Assembly: GCA_905178155.1 (NCBI GenBank)
Contig: CAJINV010000002.1
Coordinates: forward strand, 6,552,476 to 6,616,475
DNA length: 64,000 bases
Reading direction: 5' to 3'
Origin: Amoebophrya sp. A120
Taxonomy: Eukaryota; Protista; Dinoflagellata
Each line of letters begins with the position of its first letter. Position 1 is the stretch's first letter. Shown in pieces: positions 11,813 through 23,555 of this stretch. Below the pieces are notes generated by a model. The model saw only the letters and a list, made by a program, of their open reading frames with translations. It had not been told where the DNA came from and ran no database searches. Position numbers and translations under genes: made by a program.

Positions 11813-12449
11813 AAACCAACGCAACCCTCCGCAACCCTCCACAACCCTCCGCCCCCCGGCGCTCCCCTGGTGTTTCTTTATTCCCCTCGCTTCTTATATG
11901 TGGCGCGCTATGGATATAACAACTCTACTGAATGAAACAAAACGCACAGCATAAATATGCTATGGGGCTGCAGCGGTCTGGGTAGATGCAGAAACCATAA
12001 CCAACGCAGCCCGCCGCAACCCACCACAACCCACCACAACCCACCACAACCCCCCGCGATCCTTCGCCCCCCGTCCCTCTGATGTTTCCTTACTCCCCCC
12101 GCTTGTTATATGTGACGCGCTATGCGTATAGCAGCTCTGTTGCCTTTTTTTTGACAGAATAAATAGCCAAGCACGCTATGAGGCTGCAGCCATCTGGGTA
12201 GACCCAGAAACCAGCGCAACCCCCCGCAACGCCCCTCCCCCCGCCCCTCTGGTGTTTCCTTGCTCCTCTGGTGTTTCCTTGCTCCCCCCGCTTGGCTTGT
12301 TGTGTGTCATCTTCTAGCTACGATGTATATAATAGCCTTGATAGATTGCTTATTTTTTTTCAGTAAGAAAAAAATATGCCACGGGGCTGCAACAATCTGG
12401 ATAGATCCAGAAGCCAACGCATCCCCTCGCAACCCCCCGCAGCGGGCGA

Positions 12450-12991
12450 GGGCGGAGGGTTGTGGTGGGTTGCGGAGGGTTGCGGTGGGTTGCGGAGGGT
12501 TGCGGAGGGTTGCGCTGGTTTCTGCATCTACCCCGATCGCCGCAGCCTCATAGTATGCTTTTACTCTTTTTCATTCTTCCAAAAAAAGAAAACAAAGCCA
12601 CGACATACATAGCAGATCACATACAACAAGCGGGGGGGGGTGAGGAAACACCAGCGGGGCGGGGGGAGGAGGGTTGCAGAGGGTGGCTGAGGGTTGCGGA
12701 GGGTTGCGGAGGGTTGCGGAGGGTTGCAGAAGGTGGCGGAGGGTGGCGGAGGGCGGCGGAGGGTGGCGGAGGGTTGCGGAGGGTTGCGGAGGGTTGCGGA
12801 GGGTTGCGGAGGGTTGCGGAGGGTTGCGGAGGGTGGCGGAGGGTGGCGGAGGGTGGCGGAGGGTTGCGGAGGGTTGCGGAGGGTTGCGGAGGGGTTGCGG
12901 AGGGTTGCGGAGGGTTGCGGAGGGTTGTGGTGGGTTGTGGTGGGTTGTGGAGGGTTGCGGCGGGTTGCGGTGGGTTGCGGTGGGTTGCGGT
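12450..12991 (-). repeat. Right-arm satellite in inverted orientation: (GGGTTGCGGA)n plus one inverted ~200-bp unit
   Basis: About 30 tandem gggttgcgga/gggtggcgga/gggttgtggt units at 12670-12991; inverted long unit at about 12515-12670. Confidence 0.92.
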
Positions 12992-13780
12992 CGGGTCGTT
13001 GTTGGTTGTTTTTGTGCTTTTGCTCTTATATAGGACAAAAATGCCAATCACGATGGTAGTGCACCTATTTGCTCTCACGCCTTGATCTTGAATATTTGTC
13101 CTCAGTTAATATGCGAAAAGCACTAGCACGAGATCTCTTCCATTTGTTTTGGACTTGGAATTCTTGAGGTACTCAAGGTTTCTAATTCTATGAATAATTA
13201 AAACGCAATATATATTTTTTATTTTTTTACAGGAAAGACTGCACCACGCCACCCACGTCAGGTCTGCGAAGCATTTTGACGCTCTATTACTCACACGATC
13301 ACAGTTTCCTACCGCTATCGCTGGAGAACGGCAAAATAGATCTATTTTACCAACGCAGTGACGAACAAGTGTTGATCAAGATTTCATATTAGACAACTGC
13401 ATAGTCAGCAGGAGATAACAGCAGATGAGCTTTCTGTGCTTTTGTTTGACTGGAGTGACAAAGGATCGATCAGTTTGTTTCTCCGTGTTCTACGAGCATG
13501 TGGTCTTGATTTTATGGATTTTTTTCTTTTTCACACTGCAGGACTGTGAGCTTTTCTTGTATGGATGCAGCAGGGTTTTTGGTGTGCAAGTCGTTTTTTG
13601 GTGTGCAGCGTTGCTCTAATTTGAAGTAGGCGGTAATCACAGATAGTACCACGCGGAGAAGTTCAATTACGCGTTAAATGCAAAGTTTTGAAGTTTTTTT
13701 TTTCGTTGTGACGAAACGTGGAATTTTTACAAATGCAACTGCAACTGTTTCGCTTTTTGAAGACTAAGTAATACTGAAAT

Positions 13781-14047
13781 TTGATTTTTCGAACACTTTT
13801 ATCACTTACTGTCTTAGATAATATCTCTTGCCATGACAAACGAATTAACCGCATTTATCTTTGTAGATGCCTTACATGTGGATTTAGTTATGTTGGTAAG
13901 TCATCTGATTTTACATCAAAAAACTCAAAATACCGTCGGCCAGATGCTCACACTCGTCATTGTTTCCACTATGATGATGCATCTCCCTTTTATTATCATT
14001 ATCGACAGTATGAGCGCCATGTTATTTCCTTTCAAACAATCTGTTAT
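13781..14047 (+). pseudogene. N-terminal half of PLE GIY-YIG endonuclease (CCHH type)
   Basis: SCHDKRINRIYLCRCLTCGFSYVGKS...RRPDAH...FYYHYRQYERH fits the PLE EN pattern C-x-N-x-IY-x3-C-x2-C-x3-YVG...R-x3-H...YxH...H. It is cut at 14047 by the transposon TIR. Confidence 0.85.
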
Positions 14048-14537
14048 GAGGTTCGATTCCCAAGTCAAGTAAATTTAGTAAATTGAAATTATTTTTTTGA
14101 AAGTGCGAAAAGGGAAACGGGGTGCGGCAGCGGTGCGAAGTCTTTCGGTCTGGTAAAGATTTGGGATACGGAAGCCGCCCCGGATTAGTCGAGCTGCGCA
14201 GCTTACTATGATCGAGGTCGTCGTCGTAAATAGTTTCGCCAATAGTATTCCCTCGAGAGAGTCGTTGCAAATTCGAAATCGCGAACAACTTGTGACTGGT
14301 ACCAGAAGCGGATAAATGAGGGTCGGCGGAACTCGGCAGCAAAGGGATTTTTTGAAAAATGCTCATGCTCGGACTCGTTCTGCAACTCCCCGCGTTGCAA
14401 TCATGATGTGAATGCAAAATGAATGCAGTAGTTTTTTTTTTCTGATATCTGTGTTGCAAATGCCACCCACTACTAGAATTGCCTTCGGTCAGTTTTGCTT
14501 TCATAAGCGTCGCGGTCGTCGCCCTTCTCCTTCCAGC

Positions 14538-17500
14538 ATGGATGGCGAACGATTCAAGACCGCCATCTACGAGCCGGCAAAGGGCTATGCTATGGGGGCG
14601 CTTATGTTCGCGGCCTCCTTGCCTTTTGCTGCGTTTTCCACGTCCGCCTCGCTGCTCCTCGGATTTGACGTGTCGAAATCTGCTCTCCTCCGCCTCCGGG
14701 AGAGGTCGGTGGAATACATCAAGCGGCACCAGAAGGAGCGGCTCCGGGCTGCCGCAAGTTCCGACGACATCACGCCGGTGGTAATACGACTGGGCCACGA
14801 TGGCACGCCGCTTGGCTTAACCGTATCAAAAGCTACGGGAACCGGCATTACGAGGGGCCGGCACAACCACAACGGCGAAGATATGGCGATGGTCACAAAT
14901 ACCGCCCACATGTGTGGGCGCAGCGCATTTCTGATCATTTTGGTATGCTATGCGATTATCATCACAGAAATGCACTGCGCTCGGGCCTTGGGCGGGGTAT
15001 TTGATTGTCCCTCCATAAGAGTACACGTCTGTACGGCCACTGCCTGCGTCGGAGCGGGCACAGCTTGGGCCAAGATTCGAATTCCGGTGGACCTGGTGCT
15101 CCTCGCGAAGAAGAAGGCAGGGGACATCTGGCCGCGGCTGCAGGCGGTCTTGGAGGAGGTCGAGCGACTGGCGTCAAACGTGGGGGGCCGCCGACCAGTA
15201 GTGGTGCTCAACACACAAGACTCGGGGGGCGCAGGTCGGAAGCTGAAGAAGATCTTGCGGCGTTGGGCACGTTTGAAGGACGAGCGGAGATCACGACGCA
15301 CCGCGGCCATGACCCTCTACTGCGCGCACCATTTTATCCAATTGGGATTTCTAGATGAGGCCAAACGAGCCCTCGGTGGGAATAGCAGCGCGAAAGACTG
15401 GGCCCACAAGCTCTACGTGTTTACGCGCAAACTCGTGTATCATAGGTGTGATCTGCTCGAGGAATTGGAGGAATGGGTGGGAAAGATGTTGATCAAGCCC
15501 ACTACCCAAGCAGCAGCGCTGATGCAGCATCCGGGTGGCGGGCCCGCGGGCTCCGTTGAGGTGCTGGACGAAACAGGAGCACTTTTTCGACTTCTCGGCC
15601 GCGGCGATAGTGACCGAAGCAAACAGGCCGCAGACGGTGTCGGCTGGAAGTCGTCAGCGGTCAGGTACGACAACTTCAACTCGAAACTCATTGCCAACTC
15701 CAAGGAAGAAGCCGTGGAAACCCTGAAGCAGCTGCTAGCGCGAATTCAGGTCGGGAGCGAGAGCCGTTGGCTGACCTTGGGTCGTTCTTGTGTGGCGATC
15801 CTCCTCTTGTCGGCGCTTGGGGGCCGTTGTCTCGTCGCGAGGAAGAGCGACGGATTTCGGGAGTCGGTTCGGAAGCAGTGGGGAGAGATGGTTGACGAGC
15901 GGATGCTGACGTATGCTTCTGAAATCCAAGCGGCAGTAAGACGCCTCAGCGCGAAGAGTGTGGCCTGCGTCAGGGCATTGGCTCTCACGCAGACTAGTGC
16001 TTTGCGGTGTCGTTTGCCGCTTTGATTTCTCATTTCATATTGAAGTAGCGGTGATCGCGCGGCCGTGCGATGTGGTCATGGAGGAGACGCTTCGGCGGGA
16101 TACACTTTTACCGGGCGAGACGCTCAGGGCCAGGCTGTATGAGTTGCAGCAATTGGCCTGGACGGAGGTGCTGGACATTTTACACATCCTGGGGCCATTG
16201 TCTGATCGGTTGGATGTATCTGCTCTGGCTGGTTCCGTCGTTCGTGCCGCAATGCGTGTGAGCCAACGGTTACTGCGGATAGACGCGGACGGGATTCTAC
16301 TTCCCCTCCTTGACTTGGTGGACGAGACGCAGCATCACGCCACGACTCCAGCTTTCCGGGCGCTCGAGATCGGGGAAGATTGGGAAGGGATTCAGGGGCT
16401 GTCGGACGTCCAGCTTGTCCAAGTTGCCAAGGCTGTAGCCGCGGTTTTGACCATCGGGACACGCCACGAAGAATCCCAACATGCTATCTCAGCCCGGAAA
16501 GTCGGCCTGAATACGCATCGAAGGACGATAGAAGGTCTGTCGCAAGAAGTCCTAATCCCCCAGTTTTCGGCCGCCTTGGTTTCGGAATACACGCTGTCGG
16601 CGTTGAAGCAGTTGAAGAAGACCAAGCAGCCCCGGCCCCAGAACGCCAGCACGCGCTCACTTTTCATCGGGAAGGAGGTGAGGGAGGCAACTTGGCGCAC
16701 AATTGTGAATAATCCGGAGGTATCAAATGCGAAAACGTCTGGGTCTGGAAGAGTGCAGGAGTTTGTCATGCAGATTTTGCATGACCCTGAGGTCTGTGAT
16801 GCGTGTTGTAGCATGAGAGATTCTGCGAGGGCTTTCTGATGCTCATATCGCATGAGAACAGCCCTCTCCGCGTAGCAAAAATTGCACCTCTGTTGCTGTT
16901 CATGCAATACAAATCTTTTCTAGAATCCAACGCCAGCATCACAAGTTGCAACCTTCTAGACCCAGACATTTTTGCAATGCATAGAGGGCGGTTGACAAAT
17001 CCTTTGGGAAGTCCCGGCAGGTCCAGGCGAAGGAAACTTTCACGGCCGCGGCGGAAAAATGGGCGAGAATGTCCGAAGCAGATAAGGCGAAGTACGAGCC
17101 GCTCCGCATATGAATTTCAAAACAGTCACTGCCCCATGCAAGATTGTCATGCTGATTTGCATCTGGAATTGCATCCTGAATTTAGAAGCAGCACTGCCAC
17201 AGGCGAGAACTTGTGATGGTTTTGAGATTCATACGCAAAGCGACAAAAGACGGGCGGTGCCCGTTCGAGTGGGATTGCCGCTAGTAACGTGGCGAGCAGG
17301 GCAAGCGAAACTTCCGGCAGCGTGGTCCTGCCGCGGCCCGGTCAGATCCGCATTGGCGCCGACGGCAAGGCGAAGTGGGAAGCCGGTGGAGCAGGTTCAT
17401 CCGCTGGAAATACCAAACCACAAGCACACAAGACAGCGCAGCAGCACGTCGCGCCACCTCTTTCTGCTGAACGACCTGCGGGTGAGTCTTTGGAAGCTAA

Positions 17501-19055
17501 GCTTGGCCGACCAGATCTTCCCATTCCGCTCGAGAAATTGCAGGGCTACTGGACGGAAAGCCAGGAAGAAATTTCTCTTGCGCGGACTTCTTCGTGCGCA
17601 GCACCCCTCTCCTGGAACGGGACTTCAGTGCAGGCGGCATATGATCGCTCTGCTTTTGCCGCTGAAGAAGGGCCGTCCAAGATCGTGCGGATGATATTAC
17701 ATGCGGAAGACGGGCGCGATTCCGGGAACATTGGGGCGATCGTCTTCGGGAAAGATCCGGAGGAAGAGGGCGTTGCACTAAAGAGCAACCAGAGTGGCCG
17801 TCTTGAACAGCCACGCAGCCAGGTCTTGGTGAGCAAGATCTTCACTCTGGCGCCCTGTGAGGGCCATTGCAGGTCCATTGTCTTTCAGGAGTTGGAGCAC
17901 CGTCCGTCGCACAACAAACAGTATGAATTTCACGCCGCCCTTCCCGCCGCCCCAAGCACAACCGGCAGTAGGTTTGAAGAGGTTTTTGCCAATTTCGACG
18001 ATGGGCAGGACGTCTGGTACGCCCCCCTGCGATTCGATCTCGTCAGCAGCACCTTCGTGTTTGACTGGTTGGAGGGGCGGTCCTTGTTCGACATGCTCAA
18101 CGACTTCGCATGCAGTGATGAGGAGGATGGCGGGGATGACGAATCTGGTAGCTCCAGCTCGGAGGAAGAGCAGTCGAGCGAGGAAGACGAGGAAATAGCC
18201 GCTTTGCTCCGCGCAAAAGCGGCGCGGAATAAGGAGGTAGAGCAATTTTACGCCGATCCGACAATAGTCAACAAAACAGCGCCGGTGGGGTACAGCACTT
18301 CTTCCAGGAGAAAGGGCGGCGCCGCGGGCAAGTCCACTCCCGCTGCCGCCGCGTCGGCTTCGGCCAATGCCCCGGGAGGTGGGGCGCCACAGCAGTCAAC
18401 GGTGGGGCAGCGCAAGTACAAGGGCGACGCCGGGTACGAGGATGACGCCGAAAACTTGCACGCGCAGCTGCTCGCTGCGCGGGAGCAGCTCGACGAGATC
18501 CCGGCCGCCGCAACCGACCGCCACGGGTATTCCACCCGCCTAGGCGGCGGACTTTGGCTCCGCGCAAATACGCGGGTAGGGGCATCCGGGCACAAGGCCT
18601 GGATGCCAGATGGCGGAATATGCTACGACCGGGTCATCACATTCGGGCCTCCGGAGCTTCATCGTCGTTTCGGCTTACCGCTCAGCAAAACAATCGACCT
18701 GCACAAGTTCGGGGGAGTAACAGTCGCGAAGCACCTAGGGGCGGTATGGGCGGAGGCCTGTCAGTTTGTTGTCCGTGAGCTGCAGAAGAACGTCGTGCCG
18801 GTCGAGTACGAAAATTTCGAAGAGGTGCGAAAACGGGTGGAGGAAGCAATTCTTATTTCGCGGGAATATCTCCGCGTCGTGACAGATGAGCCCGATGCGC
18901 AGGAACTGCAGGAGGCGGCAGGCCGGGAGCAGCCCCTCAGCAGCATCTCTGTGCAGCAGCGCGCGGAAGCTGCAGTGACGAGTGATTTAGTGTTATCAAT
19001 CGCAAAGCACATGCATGCCAAAGCAAAAGAACAGAAGAAGTTAGTAGGGTCGTAG
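14538..19055 (+). CDS. Multi-exon DDE-type transposase with CxxH and RW motifs, an HMG-box-like segment and an acidic C-terminal extension
   Basis: VIRLGHDGTP (D at 14799), VVLNTQDSGG (D at 15219), LYCAHHFIQLG (CxxH at 15321), SESRWLTLG (15762), GTRHEESQHA (candidate E near 16468). Exon 16985-17107 reads AAAEKWARMSEADKAKYE. ORFs 14412-16025, 15958-16839 and 17289-19055 join after removing inserts; exact exon borders are uncertain. Confidence 0.72.
14918..14980. repeat. Short IR-bounded insert (putative non-canonical intron) in the transposase gene
   Basis: gcgcagcgcatttctg (14918-14933) versus cagaaatgcactgcgc (14965-14980), 15/16 inverted match around an AT-rich core. Confidence 0.65.
16721..16983. 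mobile_element. TAT...ATA introner (263 bp) in the transposase gene
   Basis: 31-bp imperfect TIR tatcaaatgcgaaaacgtctgggtctggaag; flanking repeat gagg. Same TIR family as 22972 and 53281. Confidence 0.85.
17109..17233. mobile_element. TAT...ATA introner (125 bp) in the transposase gene
   Basis: tatgaatttcaaaac / gttttgagattcata inverted repeat; flanking repeat cgca. Confidence 0.8.
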
Positions 19056-19219
19056 TTTATTAGCTGAAGCAGATAACTACCCTCCTCGGCATGGTTGGGC
19101 CCTTCCGTGTCCTGCCAGATTTCTTTCAGTAAGAAGCGCCGTCGCGGCTGCTTGCGCGGTGGCAGTCTAAATCGCCTCTGCCTGGCCCCGCGCCAATGTT
19201 CACTCCTCGGAGCTGTCGA

Positions 19220-19700
19220 TGAGAGACGCAAAAAAAAATCTGTCGCGCGCCACGAAAAAAAAATAGACCGCGTCGGCCCGGGCCCGCGCCGATTTTTTTT
19301 CTCCTCCCGCGCGGAAAAAAAAAAAACGCGCAGAAAAAAAAAGCGCCTCGCACCCAGAAAAACCGGCGGCAGCCGGTTTTTTTTGGTGCGCAGACCAAAA
19401 AGTAAATTGAATAAATTGAGATTTTAAGGTCCTGTTTCCGGGGCAAAGGAAATCCTTCCCAAAACGCCTGTGCCCTAAAATCGGTCCCTTTTTTTTCAAT
19501 TTATTCAATTTACTTTTTCACCGGGCAGTTTTTTTTCGGCCAGTTTTTTTTTTCCGGTGGACCCGCCGATTTTTTTTTCCTGCGTGGATTTTTTTCTGCG
19601 GTGAAATTTCGGTTCTTTTTTTCTGGGCGCTACGGGCGCCAGCCTCAGAAATTGGCTCTCCCGGGACCCCGGCCAAAATTTTGCTTCGCGTCCGCGGCTC
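19220..19700. other. Intergenic A-tract/T-tract mirror region centred on a perfect 23-bp inverted repeat that resembles the transposon TIR
   Basis: aaaaagtaaattgaataaattga at 19397-19419 and its exact reverse complement at 19496-19518. Mostly A-runs to the left and T-runs to the right, separated by GC-rich spacers. Confidence 0.75.
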
Positions 19701-19942
19701 GCTAGCCCGTGAAAAATAATCGCGTGTGAGAGCCCGAGCGAATTTGTCGTCGTAGTGCAAAGTTGGTAGTAGCGCTCGAAGTCGTATGTCGATATTGAGT
19801 AGAACAATTTGCAAACTGGCACAAGCACTGCGTCTCAAACAGGCAGAAGTAGAAATAAACACATCTAGACGCAAAAAGCACCCTAGTAGCTCACCCCTTA
19901 AGACCCACCTACCTGCCTCTGCCCAGTAGAAAACGTGGCAAA

Positions 19943-22900
19943 ATGGACAGAGGATCGATCGCCAAGGCGGTCGTCAACAAGCAGACAAAGAAGGCCAAGG
20001 CCAAGCAGGACCGCAAGGAGCGGGCCCCGATGACCAACAAAGCCATCGAGGAGGCCCTGCGCGGCAAGGGGCATGCGGTGAACCAGCACAACATCGCGAT
20101 CTACCGCCGGTTGAAGGGCAACTTGCAAAAGGTCGGCAAGCATGGACACACGATCATGAACCTGTTCAACAAGGACAAAGACACAATACGCGAATGCAAA
20201 AAGCTTCCGCGTGTTCCACTCAGTACGCATGACAGATATGCATGACAGACGCATGACAGATAGCGACATTTGGACACCAGAGGGCACACACGGAAGTTTT
20301 TAGCCCCATAGCCCGGAAACTTGATCTGGGACGACAACAAGGTGGACGGGTACTGGGCCACCCGGACAAAAAAAATCAAGACCCTGCCGTGGAAAACGAT
20401 GGGGAAAAGGCTGACCAAGTTGTACAACGACCTGGCGCCCAAGGAGAAGCTGAACCGCATGCCCTTCGTGTTTTTGGCGATGCCGCCCGGTGGTGAGCAG
20501 CTGGCATCCGAATCCCCGAGCCCCCTGAGTGGGATGCAGGATGAAGAGGAGCTGTCCGACGCCTCCGTCGCGGGAGGTGGTGATGATGACGAGGGTGAGG
20601 TGGAGAAGAATGACGAGGTCAGCAGCGACGGGCTTTCCGAGGAGTTGGATTTCAACGAAGACGGTGACGCTTTCGATGAGAATAATTCGAGTGTGGTCGT
20701 CGAGCAGGGCCTGCTCGAGGGGGCCGGTGAATACGAGGGTGATATCAATGCTGGTCAGGTTAGTCGACAACTGCTTGCATGAAGTTCCCGCATGAAAATG
20801 CCGCTTTTCTTCATTGCCCTGACCAGCATCGATTTTGCGTTGCATATTCAGCAGGACGTGGTCGAAGGAGGAGATGCTGGCGGGGGCGATGTCGACATGA
20901 TGGATGTGGGGTATAGTGGGTTGCTCTCGTGATTCTATATGGAAGTGTTCAGATTTGTCATGCGAGTTTTCGGATTTGTAATGCGTGTCGGCACCTTGTC
21001 GCAAATGAGTCTCCGTCTCAATTTCATTTTCAGATTTGACGACGGTGGAAATTCTACGGACGCTTCCAGTGGGTTGCAGCAGTTGCTTGGTGGGGCCAAG
21101 GTGATGCCGTCTTCTTCTTCCTCCACCCGGATCAAAAACAACAATCTGGATTTGAGCGGGAACTCCGCGAGCAGCAAGCAGAATTCCTCCTCAACCTCTC
21201 TCGGCGGGGCCCTCGGAGCTCTTACGACCTACAGCAACTCTTCCAGCACTAACATCAATTCTACCACCACGGAAGTAGAGTGCCGGCATGTTGTTCCGAA
21301 GGTGGTCACGGCCGAATTGTGGGAAGACGATGAGTTGCAGCAGATGAAGAACGCGGTGCACGCGATGTGCAAAAGCATTGGCAGCGTCGGAGTGGAGGAC
21401 GTCGCGCCGCTGTTCAAGTTCGCGGAGCACTATGAGAGCGGCATGATGATCCTGGAGAAGTTCTTTCGCAAAGGGTGGGGATTAGAAATCTTCGCCGAGC
21501 AGACCTACCCCCTGCGGGCGTTCAAGGAGCTGCAGTGGTTGGCGTGGTGTGATTACAACAAGCCGGGGTTTCGGCCGCCCGTCCTGGCCAACGATTTTCC
21601 CGCTCCGTCCTGGCTCTCCGAGCATGACGCCGGGATGCAGCGGGCGATGGATGAGGCAGAGGTGCTGGTGTACACCGAAGTCGTGCTGGAATCTATTCGG
21701 AGCAATAAAATCGAAGACGCCAAGCAACAAATGAGCATGATCATGATGGAGATGGGAAGTTCCTACCAGTTGGCCCTGCAGGAAGTGGCTTCGACCCGCG
21801 CCTGGATGGAATTTCTTCCGGTCCAGGTCATGCACATTGCGATCGTGGAATCCTTGAAGAAGTACGACCTGACCATCGTGGGGGAAAACCACTACCCCTC
21901 CTACCTGATGAACGACCGGACGTGGGTGAACATCGGCGTGGAGACGACTGCCAGCGATTTGATCGACGCCGCGCACGAAATTTCCAACATGCCGAAGGCC
22001 CAGGTTCCGTTCGAGGAGTTTCACCGGAAGGTCTCCGACATGCTGTCCAAGCTGGTGGAAACTGCTATGGAGCGGTTAGAGTCGCAGGTGGATGCCGTCC
22101 TGAATGCGAAGACCTATATGGACCTGCACTGGAAGGCTGAGTATATATGATTTTTTAGTATTATTGTTGAAGGTGTTTATCTGTGCCAGAGTCTGCAACG
22201 GCCCGTGTGAAGCATGACGCTTGCCCTATTATGATCAAGGAAGGAGAAGGCTTAAGAACTTACAGCGCCAGTTGCCCGCTTGTATGTGCGAGCAGGCCTA
22301 TTGAGGGGCGGGGGAAGTCTCAAAATGGCAAGCGCTCCAGCCTTGCGCGCGCTTTTCCCTATCCCCACGCTGTTGCTCTTGGGTTCGGCATATCTGGGGC
22401 TTTCGGAGACTGGCCAAGAAGTTCATCTCCGTTCTCAGTCAACACAAATGGGCAGGGGCCGAACATTGCGCATTTTGTCCCGCTCTTGCCGCGAGGCCAG
22501 TGCAAGTTCGAGACCTTTGCCTAGCCTGCAGCTGCCTGGAGCGCGGGGAATTTTTCTCATATCCTAAATCCATAAACGAAAACACCAGGTCTACCACCGT
22601 CCGCAAAAACCTCGAGATGGCCGTAAATGTTTTCGAGAAGGGTAGTGTGAAGCATGACCGCGCGGCCCGCGCGATCTACTACTGCAAGTTCCAGGAGGGC
22701 GCCCTGAGCGAGGAAGCCACGCAGGCGGCTGCGGACTCCCAGCTGTTGGCGACGGACTTCGCGTACAAAGCGGCGATGGACCGGTACTTGGGGTACACCA
22801 GGATTACAGGGGAGGGAAAAAACGAACTGGATAAGATGCTGAACTACTCGGAATCCGACTGGAAGGCCGAACAGGACACGGACATTCTGACGCTGATGAT

Positions 22901-23555
22901 TGACCGGGCCGACAAGTTTCGCGCAACCATCCCGAAGTTTCTCGCCGCCAGCCAGGTCTCGAATCTCGCGGTATCAATTGCAAAAATGTCTGGGTTTGGA
23001 AGAATGCAAGATTTGTGATGCAGGTTTTCCATGGCCCATAAGGTCTGGAATGCGAGACCCAGCATGACAGATTCTTTGAGGTCTCCACCATGCCTTTCCT
23101 GCATGAGAAACTCCCTCTCAACTTGGTCAAAAGGGGACAGCTTTTGGCACTCATGCAACACAGATTTCTGCATGATTCGGATTTAGCATGACAAGTTGCA
23201 ATCTTCCAGACCCGGGCACTTTTGCAATCCATACGCGGCGTTGTCGAACAACATTTCGGACGAGTTGATCCAGCGGAAGCGGAACGAAAAGGTGGACGAA
23301 GGCAAGAAGAAGGCCGTCCGCTCCCGCGAGGAGAAGGAGGAAAATAAGGGGTTGCTGCCGGCGACGAAGAACCAGAAAAAGGAGCAGAAGGAGCGCCTGG
23401 AGAACGCCAAGCGGTTGGCGAAACAGGAGGAGGAGAAGAAGAAAAACGCGGCGGCGAGTTCCTCCAGCTCTTCGTCGAATGTCGTGAGTCGTGGTGGTGG
23501 CAGCAGGAACAAGGACCTCTTCCTCGAGGCCCTCAAAAACGCGAAGAAGAAATAA
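19943..23555 (+). CDS. Second transposon-borne gene, multi-exon, unknown function
   Basis: GC3-rich ORF segments 19943-~20190, 20321-~20745, ~21034-22140, ~22340-22971 and 23239-23555, separated by IR-bounded or AT-rich inserts. Basic N- and C-termini, acidic stretch. Confidence 0.6.
20743..20833. repeat. IR-bounded putative non-canonical intron
   Basis: atcaatgctggtcagg (20744-20759) versus cctgaccagcatcgat (20818-20833), 15/16 inverted match; contains the stop that ends ORF 20321-20782. Confidence 0.65.
22972..23233. mobile_element. TAT...ATA introner (262 bp), 5-bp TSD cgcgg
   Basis: tatcaattgcaaaaatgtctgggtttggaag / cttccagacccgggcacttttgcaatccata; cgcgg at 22967-22971 and 23234-23238. 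Element plus 5 bp is 267 nt, joining ORFs 22500 and 23196 in frame. Confidence 0.9.

Larger units (their letters stand above)
9880..12440 (+). repeat. Left-arm satellite: (CCCTCCGCAA)n 10-mers interleaved with about 7 copies of a ~200-bp unit
   Basis: The unit ctcctctggtgtttccttactccccccgcttgtt...gatctgggtagatccagaaacc recurs near 9980, 10175, 10415, 10610, 11865, 12075 and 12245. The array is interrupted by the 10766-11812 insert. Confidence 0.9.
9596..13080. mobile_element. Non-autonomous foldback-type TIR element with internally repetitive, oppositely oriented arms
   Basis: 44-bp TIR 9596-9639 (gtatgagagcaaataggtgcagcaccatcgtgattggcattttt) matches the reverse complement of 13037-13080 at 40/44. 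Perfect flanking direct repeat cttgatcttg at 9586-9595 and 13081-13090; this can also be read as 8-bp ttgatctt with GG...CC termini. Confidence 0.9.

Noticed and set aside
9880-12991. CRISPR array or true telomere
   Set aside because: There are no unique spacers between constant repeats, the context is eukaryotic, and the array is internal and bounded by TIRs and a TSD.
12260-13085. ORFs with repeating RRVAEGCGGL / PPQPSATLRN
   Set aside because: These are translations of the 10-bp satellite, open in several frames on both strands; not genes.
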